This document shows positions 50,179 through 59,764 of a stretch of 64,000 bases of DNA, in pieces. The stretch's first letter is position 1. The number at the start of each line of letters is the position of its first letter. Origin of the DNA: an uncultured Gemmatimonadales bacterium (lineage in GTDB: Bacteria; Gemmatimonadota; Gemmatimonadetes; Gemmatimonadales; Gemmatimonadaceae); contig CAWKMU010000004.1 of assembly GCA_963850905.1 (NCBI GenBank), positions 544,001-608,000 on the forward strand, written 5' to 3'. The notes beneath the pieces are model-generated. The model did not search any database and was not told the DNA's origin. It worked only from the letters and a program-made list of their open reading frames with translations. The position numbers and the translations under genes are program-made.

Positions 50179-50424
50179 TTACTTCGGGCCGCCCTGCTCT
50201 TTCCACGCCTTGAACGTGTCACACCATTCGGCCGGCCACCGCGGCTCGCCGCTGCCCGCCGGAGGCATGTGCCCGCCCAACACGGCCTGGTATATCGCAT
50301 CAGCGTGAGCGAACACGCTGTCCCGATCGGAGAGATCCAGAGCCTTCCGCATATGGTCAACGTCCATATCGGTGAACATTGGGCGGATATCGGCCGCGAA
50401 ACTCAGACTGTCGTGCGGAAGCAT
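50179..50424 (-). CDS. Small hypothetical protein
   Basis: SFAADIRPMF...GHMPP...WPAEWCDTFKAW..G. RBS AAGGAG. Confidence 0.75.
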   Translation of the reverse strand: MLPHDSLSFAADIRPMFTDMDVDHMRKALDLSDRDSVFAHADAIYQAVLGGHMPPAGSGEPRWPAEWCDTFKAWKEQGGPK

Positions 50425-50786
50425 GTGCGCTCCTTCTCTGCCGCATTGCCGAGTGGGCGAAGGAGTGAGTCAAGTGTGGTCGTGCTGCCTTGCGAGCGCC
50501 TCGAACCGACTGGCGTGGACGAAGCAGATGACGGCTGCGGGCACCAGAATACTATCGCAGATAGCGATAAGAGCGAAGCACTGCAGCGACCAATCGAGCT
50601 CGCCGAGTGTCTGATGGTGTCGCATCATCGGAGGCGGGACGAAGAACGAGACTGGGAGGCGGCTCAGCAGTATCTGGAGCGTGCCGTAGCACTCGATCAA
50701 GGCCCTTGCCGAGAGTGACTTTGAAGAGCCGCGCCGCGTTGGCCCAGGCCTGCGGCAACGCGGCGGGTTTTCTTGGTTGTGGCGGA

Positions 50787-51926
50787 TCACTCTTCGGCTT
50801 GCGGGGCAGTCGGGTTCGTACCACTGGACTTTTCCCAATTTACGAATAGGAATCCGCCAGGCGCATCGAACTTCGGCTCGCCCGCCGCAGGGGTAATCTG
50901 CAACTGCAACTCGTCGATCGTGTTCCTGGAGCAATCCCAGCATTCGAGCGCGAAATCGCCGTCCCGCCGAGTGCGTGACAAGAGCATGGCGTGCACCTGG
51001 GCATTGTCGGTCACGAGCGCGTCGTTCCGGTAGAGATGCGCAACCGCCCACAATGCGACGTCGCTCCTGATCGTCGGGACGAGTGGCGTGTGGACGCCGG
51101 TATTCCCGTGGTAGTAGAGGCCGAGGATCACGCCGCCGAAGCGCGGGTGATGCGGCACGTCCTGCGTCTGCACACGGTCCATGACGAGCTTCCAGCGCGC
51201 GCCGTCTTGCGTGGTGAACTCGGCCACGCCGTCCACCGAATCGCGTGTGGCACCCCTGTCCCAGGCGGTGAACTTGAACGTCCCGGAGATCCGGGCCACG
51301 TTGTTCGAGTACGGGCCGTTTTTGACCTGGGCCTCGAGACCCGGCTGCTCCGCCCCGAACTGCTTGATGACCGGGGCAGCGCTGTCAGGAAACGGAAACG
51401 GACCGGGGAGTATCTGGATGACTGGGCCGCCGCTGGTCACCTGGATCGATCGTACCTTCGTTCCAGCCGCAGAGGCCGCACCCGTTGGCCCCGTGTGAGA
51501 CGCGCCCATGTTGCCGTCGCCCGATCCGGATGGGGCGAGCGACTTCGTGCCGACGACCAAATGCGTGAGCATGCCGAGCATCTTGTGTGAGTCCTGCCCG
51601 ACGGGGCAGTACACTTCGTAGGTTCCAGGCGTGAGTGTGAGAGTCAGGGTGGTGATCGAGCCAGGCTGAATCACTGGAGTCTGCTGTTCGATCCCCTGCC
51701 CCTCGACTTCGAAGGCGTGTGGGATGCTCCCGGCGTTGGAGACGGCGAACGTTACGGTCCCGGGGGCGATGCTGGCCTCCGACAGCTCGACTTTCCACTC
51801 GGACAGTTTGGCGCTGACTGGTGTCGTATGGTCCGGGGCGCGGGCTGCAGGCGCCTCCATGAGCGAGAGCGCGACGAGGAGTCCGCCAGCGGCGGTCAGG
51901 CCTGGTATGGTTTGGCTGGGCATCAT
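50787..51926 (-). CDS. Secreted cupredoxin-domain protein fused to an unrecognised C-terminal domain
   Basis: Signal peptide; SNAGSIPHAF and GTYEVYCPVGQDSHKMLGM (H, C, H, M). Confidence 0.8.
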   Translation of the reverse strand: MMPSQTIPGLTAAGGLLVALSLMEAPAARAPDHTTPVSAKLSEWKVELSEASIAPGTVTFAVSNAGSIPHAFEVEGQGIEQQTPVIQPGSITTLTLTLTPGTYEVYCPVGQDSHKMLGMLTHLVVGTKSLAPSGSGDGNMGASHTGPTGAASAAGTKVRSIQVTSGGPVIQILPGPFPFPDSAAPVIKQFGAEQPGLEAQVKNGPYSNNVARISGTFKFTAWDRGATRDSVDGVAEFTTQDGARWKLVMDRVQTQDVPHHPRFGGVILGLYYHGNTGVHTPLVPTIRSDVALWAVAHLYRNDALVTDNAQVHAMLLSRTRRDGDFALECWDCSRNTIDELQLQITPAAGEPKFDAPGGFLFVNWEKSSGTNPTAPQAEE

Positions 51927-51976
51927 TGGTCATCTTCCTCAGGTGAGTGTGCGTTGACAGGTGCGTTCCACACCGG

Positions 51977-52034
51977 AGACCTCGCACAACTCAGAGTTAT
52001 TCCGCCGGGAATAAACTCGCCGCCCGCGGAGTCT
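51977..52034. promoter_or_regulatory. Back-to-back ECF sigma promoters
   Basis: Plus: GGAATAAA (52008-52015), N15, GTCT (52031-52034). Minus: GGAATAAC (52003-51996), N15, GTCT (51980-51977). Confidence 0.75.
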
Positions 52035-52066
52035 ACTCACGAAGGCCAACGCGACATCTTGGGGGC

Positions 52067-52597
52067 GTGTTGGGGTCACGCGAGCTCTCGCGCTTCGAAG
52101 CCGTCGTATTGCCGCACCTGGACGCCGCCTACACGTTGGCGCGCTACCTGATGCAGAACGCGGCCGACGCCGAAGACGTCGTGCAGGACGCTTGTCTGCG
52201 CGCGATGAAACACTTCGCGAGCTTCGCCGGCGAGCAGGAGACGAGTGCCCGGGCATGGCTGCTGGCGATTGTGCGCAACACCGCGTACAGCGCGCGTCGG
52301 CGCCGACGCCCCGAGGATTTGGCGACCGAGTTCGACGAGAAGGCCCACAGTGACGCGGTGGCCGATGAGCACCCGGAGGCTGAATTGCTCCGTACTGCTG
52401 CGAAGGAATCGCTCGATCGCGCGCTTGATGGCCTGGCGCCGGAATACCGGGAGGTAATCGTGCTTCGAGAGCTGCAGGAACTCTCGTACAAGGAGATCAG
52501 CGAGGTCGTCGGCGTACCGGTCGGCACGGTGATGTCGCGGCTATCGCGGGCTCGCGCGCGCCTGCAGCAAGCACTGCGCGCGGCGGAGCGCAGCTGA
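52067..52597 (+). CDS. ECF RNA polymerase sigma-70 factor
   Basis: LPHLDAAYTLARYL, DAEDVVQDA, WLLAIVRN, SYKEI, GTVMSRLSRAR. Confidence 0.95.
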   Translation: MLGSRELSRFEAVVLPHLDAAYTLARYLMQNAADAEDVVQDACLRAMKHFASFAGEQETSARAWLLAIVRNTAYSARRRRRPEDLATEFDEKAHSDAVADEHPEAELLRTAAKESLDRALDGLAPEYREVIVLRELQELSYKEISEVVGVPVGTVMSRLSRARARLQQALRAAERS

Positions 52598-52598
52598 C

Positions 52599-53378
52599 GT
52601 GACGCACCCGGTCCTCGAATCCGAGCTGGACGCCTACCTGGATGGCGAGCTGGCCCCGGACGACGTGCGCGAGCTCGAGGCACACCTCGCCCATTGCCCG
52701 GAGTGTGTACGGTTTCGGGATGAGCGGCTCGAGCTGCGCGCAGCGATCGCTGCGGAGATTCCGGCGTTCCACGCGCCAGAGGCCCTGCGCCAGCGTGTGC
52801 AGATGGCCGCGGCGTCCGCGGCTGGTCCGCGCACGGCACGCCGCTTCACGATCGGGAGCTGGTCGAGCTTACTCGCCCTCGCCGCCTCGCTCGTGTTTGT
52901 CGCCGTTGGCACGTGGCGACTGACCCGTGCAAACGCGGCGCGCGAGACGCTCGCCACCGAGGTGCTCGGGAGTCACGTACGCTCGCTCATGCCCGGCCAT
53001 CTGACCGACGTGCTGTCGTCGGATCAGCATACGGTGAAACCCTGGTTCAACGGGAGGCTCGACTACTCACCACCAGTCTATGATTTCGCGGGCCGCGGCT
53101 ACCCGTTGCTCGGCGGACGGCTCGACTATGTGGGCGGGCGATCGGTCGCAGTGCTTGTGTACGGCCGGCGCCAGCATCTCATCAACGTGTTCCTCTGGCC
53201 TAGCACGAGTGGGCCGTCAGGTGGCCCGCCGGCCGAAACGCGCCAGGGCTATCACCTCCTGCACTGGACAATGGGCGACTACACCTACTGGGTGGTCTCC
53301 GACCTTGGCTTGCCCGAGTTGCAGGAGTTCGCCGGGTTGCTCAGGCAGGCCGACTCGGCCACGAGCGGCCCCAGATGA
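52599..53378 (+). CDS. Zinc-finger transmembrane anti-sigma factor
   Basis: AYLDGEL, HLAHCPEC, TM helix, SSDQHTVKPWFNGRLDY. Confidence 0.93.
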   Translation: MTHPVLESELDAYLDGELAPDDVRELEAHLAHCPECVRFRDERLELRAAIAAEIPAFHAPEALRQRVQMAAASAAGPRTARRFTIGSWSSLLALAASLVFVAVGTWRLTRANAARETLATEVLGSHVRSLMPGHLTDVLSSDQHTVKPWFNGRLDYSPPVYDFAGRGYPLLGGRLDYVGGRSVAVLVYGRRQHLINVFLWPSTSGPSGGPPAETRQGYHLLHWTMGDYTYWVVSDLGLPELQEFAGLLRQADSATSGPR

Positions 53379-53702
53379 ACAGACATCACAATCAGCTCAT
53401 CGCCGTGCCACTTGTCAGTATGCATCGGACCCACGCCGCATTGCGCGCGAGCTGGAGCTCGAGGTCGCCAGGGCTCCTGACCTGACCGCCGCCGACTAGT
53501 TGTCCGCCCCGCCGCCATAGTCGTTCGCAACAAATATCTCCGGATGGAGATCGAGGTCGTTTTCATTCCGCTCAGGCAGCGAGATGTGTCGGCCTCCTGC
53601 GGCCACGTTGAAGCATGCTGTCGGGCCCGACATCGGGCGCTTACGCTGCCAACCTTCGTCGTAATACCTCTCGATCTCACAATCAGTCATTCGGTGGTTC
53701 GT

Positions 53703-54089
53703 ATGCGCAAATCCGCACTCTCTTCATCCTTCCGCTGTGCAGTCGGCATCGTCGCGACTGCTGGCGTCGTCGCCTGCGGGGGCAATTCAAGCAGCCCGAC
53801 GTCACCCGTTTCGGCAGCGCCAACCAATGCAGCAACCGGCATGACCGTCGCGGCCACGCCGGCTCTGATGTTCGGCCCCGACACCCTCGTCGTGCAATCC
53901 GGCGCGACAGTAACCTTCGCATTTGGCTCGGTCGCGCACAACGTGTTCTTTACAACCTCGGGCGCTCCAGCCGACATCACGGGCGACAATGCGAATGTAG
54001 ATATCGCGCGCACGTTCCCGACTGCAGGGACATTCAACTACACCTGCCATATTCATCCTTTCATGCACGGAACAATCGTCGTGCGATGA
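53703..54089 (+). CDS. Plastocyanin/azurin family copper-binding lipoprotein
   Basis: VVAC lipobox, HNVFF, YTCHIHPFMHG. Confidence 0.9.
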   Translation: MRKSALSSSFRCAVGIVATAGVVACGGNSSSPTSPVSAAPTNAATGMTVAATPALMFGPDTLVVQSGATVTFAFGSVAHNVFFTTSGAPADITGDNANVDIARTFPTAGTFNYTCHIHPFMHGTIVVR

Positions 54090-54122
54090 GCACCCGCGCG
54101 GGCACACACCAGTCGATCCTTT

Positions 54123-54153
54123 CTATTTGTGGCCGCCGTGCGGCCACAAATAG
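54123..54153. repeat. Palindromic element copy B (perfect 14-bp inverted repeat)
   Basis: CTATTTGTGGCCGC-CGT-GCGGCCACAAATAG; supplies the stop codon of the DUF779 gene. Confidence 0.65.
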
Positions 54154-54536
54154 GCGGTCGGCCCACGCGCTGGCGGACCCACCGCTTGAAGTTCCTGCCA
54201 CTCTGCATCCTCGAAGAGGCGCGACCGTGTCAGGAACCGCACCCCCTCCGGCGCCTCGAGTGAGAACCCACTCCCGCGACCGGGTACGAGATCGACGGTC
54301 AGGTGGGTGTGCTGCCAGTATTCGTATTGTTGTGCGCCGATGTAGAACGGTGCCCCAGCAACGGCGCCAAGAAACACGTCTCGCTCGCCAATTCGAAACT
54401 CGCGCGACGGGTAGCACATTGGCGAGCTGCCGTCACAACAGCCCCCGCTTTGGTGGAACACCAGATCGCCATGCTGGGCGGCCAGCTGCCGCACCATGGC
54501 GGCAGCTGCATCAGTGATGTCGACACGTTGACTCAT
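54123..54536 (-). CDS. DUF779 domain protein
   Basis: FHQSGGCCDGSSPMC, GRGSGFSLEAPEG; typical neighbour of AldB-type dehydrogenases. Confidence 0.92.
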   Translation of the reverse strand: MSQRVDITDAAAAMVRQLAAQHGDLVFHQSGGCCDGSSPMCYPSREFRIGERDVFLGAVAGAPFYIGAQQYEYWQHTHLTVDLVPGRGSGFSLEAPEGVRFLTRSRLFEDAEWQELQAVGPPARGPTAYLWPHGGHK

Positions 54537-54571
54537 GCGAGTACCAGTAACCCGCCACCAGTGATCGAGTC

Positions 54572-56149
54572 TCAGAAGAAGCCGAGCTTCTTGGAGCTGT
54601 AACTCACGAGGATGTTCTTGGTCTGCTGGTAGTGATCGAGCATCATCTTGTGTGTTTCGCGCCCGATGCCGGACTGCTTGTAGCCGCCAAACGCTGCGTG
54701 TGCTGGGTAGACATGGTAGCAGTTCACCCACACGCGCCCGGCTTTGATGCCGCGTCCCATCCGGTAGGCCGTGTTCTGGTCGCGTGACCACACCGCGGCG
54801 CCCAGGCCGTACAGAGTGTCATTCGCGATCGCCAGCGCGTCGTCCATGTCCTTGAACTTCGTCACCGAGACCACGGGACCGAAGATCTCCTCCTGGAACA
54901 CACGCATGCGGTTCGTGCCCTCGAAGATCGTCGGTGCGACGTAATAGCCGTCTTTGCGCTCGCCCTGGTGTATGCGCCGTTCGCCGCCGGTCAGGACCTT
55001 GGCCCCCTCCTTCTTGCCGATATCGATGTAGCTCAGAATCTTCTCGAGCTGGTCGTTCGACGCCTGCGCCCCGATCATCGTCCGCATGTCGAGTGGGTCG
55101 CCTTCGACAATCTGTCGAGTGCGGGCGACAGCCTTCTCCATGAAGCGGTCGTAGATCGATTCCTGCACGAGTGCCCGCGATGGACAGGTGCAGACCTCAC
55201 CCTGATTCAAGGCGAAGAGCACAAAGCCCTCGAGTGCCTTGTCGAGGAAGTCGTCGTCCTCGCGCGCGACGTCGGCGAAGAAGATATTGGGCGACTTGCC
55301 GCCGAGTTCCAACGTGACGGGGATGAGGTTCTCGGACGCGTACTGCATGATGAGCCGTCCGGTGGTCGTCTCGCCCGTAAAGGCGATCTTTCCGATGCGT
55401 GGGCTCGACGCGAGCGGCTTACCGGCCTCGACGCCGAATCCCTCGACGACATTGACGACACCACTTGGAATGAGATCGGCGATTAGCTCCATGAATGCCA
55501 TGATCGACACCGGTGTCTGCTCCGCCGGCTTGATCACGACGCAATTGCCAGCGGCCAATGCCGGCGCCAGCTTCCACACGGCCATCAGCAACGGGAAGTT
55601 CCACGGGATAATCTGCCCCACGACGCCCAGTGGCTCGTGGAAGTGGTAGGCGACCGTGTCCTCGTCGATCTCGCTGAGGCCCCCTTCTTGTGCCCGGATC
55701 GCCCCCGCGAAATAGCGGAAATGGTCGATCGCCAGCGGCAGATCCGCATAGGTCGACTCACGGATCGGCTTCCCCTTGTCCACGGTTTCGATGATCGCCA
55801 GCGTCTCGACATATTGCTCGAGTCGATCGGCGATCTTGTTCAGGATGTTGGCTCGGTAGGTCGCCGACGTTCGGTTCCAGGTCACCGCCGCCGCGTGTGC
55901 GGCATCGAGCGCGCGGTCCACGTCCTCGTGCGTCGAGCGCGCCACCTCGCAGAGCGGTTGGCCGGTGATCGGCGTGGGGTTCACGAAGTACTGACCGCGT
56001 GTGGGCGCCACGTACTCCCCACCGATCCAGTTCTCATACCGCGCGCGGATCGGGATCTTGAGCTTCGACACGTCCACAGTGGACGGGAGTGATACCAGTA
56101 CGGGGTTGGAGATCGGGGTCGCGAGTCTGGACTCCAGCGTGGCAGCCAT
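54572..56149 (-). CDS. Aldehyde dehydrogenase (AldB/ExaC type)
   Basis: [37 protein letters not shown]. Confidence 0.95.
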   Translation of the reverse strand: MAATLESRLATPISNPVLVSLPSTVDVSKLKIPIRARYENWIGGEYVAPTRGQYFVNPTPITGQPLCEVARSTHEDVDRALDAAHAAAVTWNRTSATYRANILNKIADRLEQYVETLAIIETVDKGKPIRESTYADLPLAIDHFRYFAGAIRAQEGGLSEIDEDTVAYHFHEPLGVVGQIIPWNFPLLMAVWKLAPALAAGNCVVIKPAEQTPVSIMAFMELIADLIPSGVVNVVEGFGVEAGKPLASSPRIGKIAFTGETTTGRLIMQYASENLIPVTLELGGKSPNIFFADVAREDDDFLDKALEGFVLFALNQGEVCTCPSRALVQESIYDRFMEKAVARTRQIVEGDPLDMRTMIGAQASNDQLEKILSYIDIGKKEGAKVLTGGERRIHQGERKDGYYVAPTIFEGTNRMRVFQEEIFGPVVSVTKFKDMDDALAIANDTLYGLGAAVWSRDQNTAYRMGRGIKAGRVWVNCYHVYPAHAAFGGYKQSGIGRETHKMMLDHYQQTKNILVSYSSKKLGFF

Positions 56150-56541
56150 GGGCAATCCCTCCGGTGGAGATGGACGCGGCGAACACCTACCCAGGAGCCG
56201 TCGAATGTACGCCGTCGCCAGCCAGGGGCTAGTCGGCCTGCAGGCACCGTGCGGTGAGGATGGTGGCGAGCTGGACCGGGCTCAACGGGCGTCCCCCGAG
56301 GGAGTTGAATAGCCAGCGCCAATACGGTGGCTCCCTGTCATTGACTCGGGATACCACAACCCTTTCCCTCTACCCGGAGCTCGACGCTCACCGACGTGCG
56401 TGCCCTACACCATCCGGAAAGGTCCATCGCCGACACGCCACAAACCACAAACCAGTGGACCTTGGTCGTACGAGAGCGGCTCCGCCACGTTCGATAGCAT
56501 TCTGCCGGGCGTACCATCGACGTCAACGGGAGGGTGCAGTC

Positions 56542-57339
56542 ATGCAGAGGATGCTCATCGCCGTGTTTGACACCGATCCGCCAGCGTACCAGGGGCTCGA
56601 CGCGCTGCAGAGACTCGACGCCAACGGAGACATCTCGCTCTATGCAAGCACGGTCATCAAGAGGGAAGCGTCGGGGGTGACCGTAGAGCAGTCGGCGGAC
56701 GTCGGGCCGGCGGGCACGTTCCTCGGCATGATGACTGGAGGCATCGTCGGATTGCTCGGCGGACCGGCCGGGGCGATCGCGGGGTATGCGATCGGCGGAG
56801 CGATGGGAGCCGCGACAGACTTGACCTCGGCCGGCATCAATCTCGACTTCGTGGACGACATCTCGAAGGTCCTTATTCCCGGGAAGGTTGCGGTGCTGGC
56901 CGATGTCGACGAGGGGTGGACCACGCCGGTCGACACGGCTATCGGCAAACTCGGGGGCATCGTCCTGCGACGCACACGTTCCGCCGTTGTCGAAGACCAA
57001 CTCGTGCGAGACAGCAATGAGTTCAAGGCCCAGCTCAAGGAATTGCAGGACGAGCTCAAACAGACGAACGCCCAGAACAAGGCCGCGGTGCAAAAGGAGA
57101 TTGACAGGGTCAAGCAGCAGATCGCAGCGACGCGCACGCAGGAGCAGAAGCGTGCATCCCAGCTCAAGACCGATGCAGACGCCCGACTTGCGTCACTCCG
57201 CGAGCAGATGAATCGGGCCGATGCTGATCGCAAAGCGAGGATCGAGAAGAGAATCGCCGGCGTCAAAGCGGACCTCGAGTCGCGCAACGCGAAGCTCAAG
57301 CAAGCCGAGGGCTCCGCTACGGAGGCGCTCGCAAGCTGA
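56542..57339 (+). CDS. DUF1269-like membrane protein with coiled-coil tail
   Basis: Gly-zipper GGIVGLLGGPAG..GGAMGA, EGWTTPVD, long charged helix. RBS GGAGG. Confidence 0.8.
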   Translation: MQRMLIAVFDTDPPAYQGLDALQRLDANGDISLYASTVIKREASGVTVEQSADVGPAGTFLGMMTGGIVGLLGGPAGAIAGYAIGGAMGAATDLTSAGINLDFVDDISKVLIPGKVAVLADVDEGWTTPVDTAIGKLGGIVLRRTRSAVVEDQLVRDSNEFKAQLKELQDELKQTNAQNKAAVQKEIDRVKQQIAATRTQEQKRASQLKTDADARLASLREQMNRADADRKARIEKRIAGVKADLESRNAKLKQAEGSATEALAS

Positions 57340-57344
57340 GAAGC

Positions 57345-57376
57345 GCGGGGGCCAGGGTCACGGGCCCCCGCTTTTT
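57345..57376 (+). terminator. Rho-independent terminator
   Basis: GCGGGGGCC-N9-GGCCCCCGC followed by TTTTT, 5 nt after the stop codon. Confidence 0.85.
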
Positions 57377-57630
57377 GAGTAGCCGCCTTTGGTGGGGGCG
57401 GTAGCACGCGAAGGTGCGCCCGCAGGGTCTGGGCAGAACCCTTGTTGAAATTGTACGCCGGTTGCGGCACTTTCGTCCTCCCCAGTCCCGCAGGATGGCC
57501 CGGGACAGGTCACCTATATGGAGGGACCGGTGCCCACCAACCACCTGAGCAGCGAGCTCGCTCCGTCTGCCGCGTCGCAACGTCACGACGGAACGAGCGC
57601 TGCTCCGCTCGCCGTCCTCATTGGGCCATC

Positions 57631-58755
57631 ATGATGATGCGGATTCCGCCGGGCCACCTGAGCGATGGCGCGAGGCGACCGCGCGTTCTGACGTGCGTGT
57701 GCGCCCTTGTGGTACAGACGATCATGCCGTCGACGGCCAAGCCGCAGAATTTCCCGCCCAAGCTCGTGGACTTTTTGCAGACGAAGGTTGGCCTCACTGC
57801 ACGAGAGCTGGCCGCAGCTGGCAATGGCAGTCCTGTCGTGAAGGTCCTGAGAGACTCCGACGGAAAGGAAATAGCCCTCGTTGGCGTCGTCGGAGTGCGT
57901 GCACCGCGCGCGCTCTATGTCGCGCAGATGACGGACTCCCTCGGGTCGCGGCGTGATCCGTCGCGGCTGGGCTTCGGTATCTTCTCTGATCCTGCTTCAC
58001 CGGCAGATGTCAGCGCACTCACCCTACCCCATGACGACATGCAAGATCTCGCCAAATGCCGGCCGGGCTCCTGCAAGCTCAAGCTTCCCGCGCAGTCCAT
58101 CACGGACCTTCGGGCCATCGATCCGCAGTCGCCGACGGCAGATTCGATGGCGATCGCCTACGTCGCGCGACACATGATCGCCTACATCACAGCCTATCGC
58201 TCCCAGGGGAAGCAGGCGCTGGTCGTGTACGACGATCAGTCGCATCCGATTGCATCGTCCAACGTATGGGCGGCCATCCTATCTCGATCACCCTACATGT
58301 ACGAGTACACACCGACGCTCGCGCGGTATCTCGCGAATTACCCAGAGGACCGACCCCCGACTGCCCGCAACACGTTCTTTTGGGCAGAGGATGACGTGCC
58401 CGGCGCGAAGCCGATGCTGACGATGACACACCAAGTCGTCTATCAACCCCCCGAGTTCTCGGGTACGACCCTTATCGCCGAGCAGCTCCTCTACAGCGAT
58501 CACTACCTCGACGGGGCGCTGGACCTCACGGCAGTTATCAATCTCGCTCCCGGGAGTACCGCCGGATCGGACACCTCCGGCGTCGCTGTGGTATTGCTCC
58601 GCCGCCTGCACTTTGATGCACTCCCGAGCGGCGGCATCATCAACATTCGCGGGAAGGTGATCGGCAAAATGCGACAGCGCACAGAGGCATTCTTGCGCGA
58701 TACCAAGACCCGGAGCGAAGCGGCGTACACGGGCCGTCACACTCGGTCAGCGTAG
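57631..58755 (+). CDS. Hypothetical secreted protein
   Basis: Long ORF with coding-like composition (CRPGSCKLKL, LYSDHYLD); start uncertain. Confidence 0.7.
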   Translation: MMMRIPPGHLSDGARRPRVLTCVCALVVQTIMPSTAKPQNFPPKLVDFLQTKVGLTARELAAAGNGSPVVKVLRDSDGKEIALVGVVGVRAPRALYVAQMTDSLGSRRDPSRLGFGIFSDPASPADVSALTLPHDDMQDLAKCRPGSCKLKLPAQSITDLRAIDPQSPTADSMAIAYVARHMIAYITAYRSQGKQALVVYDDQSHPIASSNVWAAILSRSPYMYEYTPTLARYLANYPEDRPPTARNTFFWAEDDVPGAKPMLTMTHQVVYQPPEFSGTTLIAEQLLYSDHYLDGALDLTAVINLAPGSTAGSDTSGVAVVLLRRLHFDALPSGGIINIRGKVIGKMRQRTEAFLRDTKTRSEAAYTGRHTRSA

Positions 58756-59764
58756 CTAGGGCTTCCCTGTCAAGAATCTCCGCATCGAGATGCTCGACTG
58801 TGTCGGGCTGAGTCAAGAACACGTAGTGCCCCGCGCCTTTGAGCTCGACAATGGTGGCCTGCGGGACGCTGGCCTTGAACTCCCGCGCCTGCGCTCGGCG
58901 CCAGTGCTGCAGTGTGTCCAACCACCGTTGGCCTACCGAGTCCGAAGGTGACAGCCACGGCAACACGGACGCAACGCTCGTGTCGCGATCGTAAATCGCG
59001 AGCGTGGGTTCGTGAACCTGATTCAGCGGCGGGGGCGTGCGATCGGACGCGGCGATGATCTTTGCGTCGACCGAGTCTGATGTGAGCAACCCGATGTCAC
59101 GCCCGGAGGAGTCGAAGCGCTCCGTCGCCCGAAACGCTGCTTCAGGATACGGCGCGCCGCTGATTCGCCGAGCGAATGCGAGTCCAGCGGCTGGTGATGC
59201 TGAGTCAGCACCGGTCGGCTTCGGCTGGTCCGGAAATCCCTTCGCGACCGGGTGCGCGTGATAATCAAAACCGGCGTCGAGGTAGACCAGCTTGTGGACG
59301 CGATCCGGATGGTGGGCTGCGATCCAGGTGAGCTCCTGCCCAGCGATCGAGTGCCCGACCAGGTCGACCCGCGAGAGGTGCAGCGAGTCGAGCACGCTGT
59401 ACACGTCGTTCGACAAGGTCGCGATGGTGTAGCCCGTGTCGGGCCGACCGGAGGCGCCGTACCCGCGACGTGTCACGCCGAGCACGTGAAAGGCGTTGGT
59501 GAAGCGAGGGGCGAAGTCATCGTACATATGCGCCGCATCCCCGAGTCCGGCGATGAAGACGATCGGCTCTCCCTGGCCACCCCAGTCCACGACTTCAATG
59601 CGCGTACCGTCCGGCACGGTGACGAACTGCACCGTGTGTGAAGCGGGATCGTGCCACTCCGCGGGAGTGGTCGCAGTCTTCCGCTGGTCCGCATCCGATG
59701 GATTGGCGCGACAGGCGACCGCCGCGAAGGCGCCGAGGGCGACGAAGGTGCGGGCCGAAATCAC
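58756..59764 (-). CDS. Alpha/beta hydrolase lipoprotein (probable +1 frameshift near 58787)
   Basis: AVAC lipobox, DWGGQG, TRRGYG, GHSIAG, GAGHYVF. The shifted frame ends MRRFLTGKP* at 58756. Confidence 0.88.

Noticed and set aside
50470..50780. Possible CDS between the cupredoxin fusion and the 81-aa gene
   Set aside because: No convincing start, RBS or motif; the region contains a GC hairpin (50733-50764) more consistent with a terminator.
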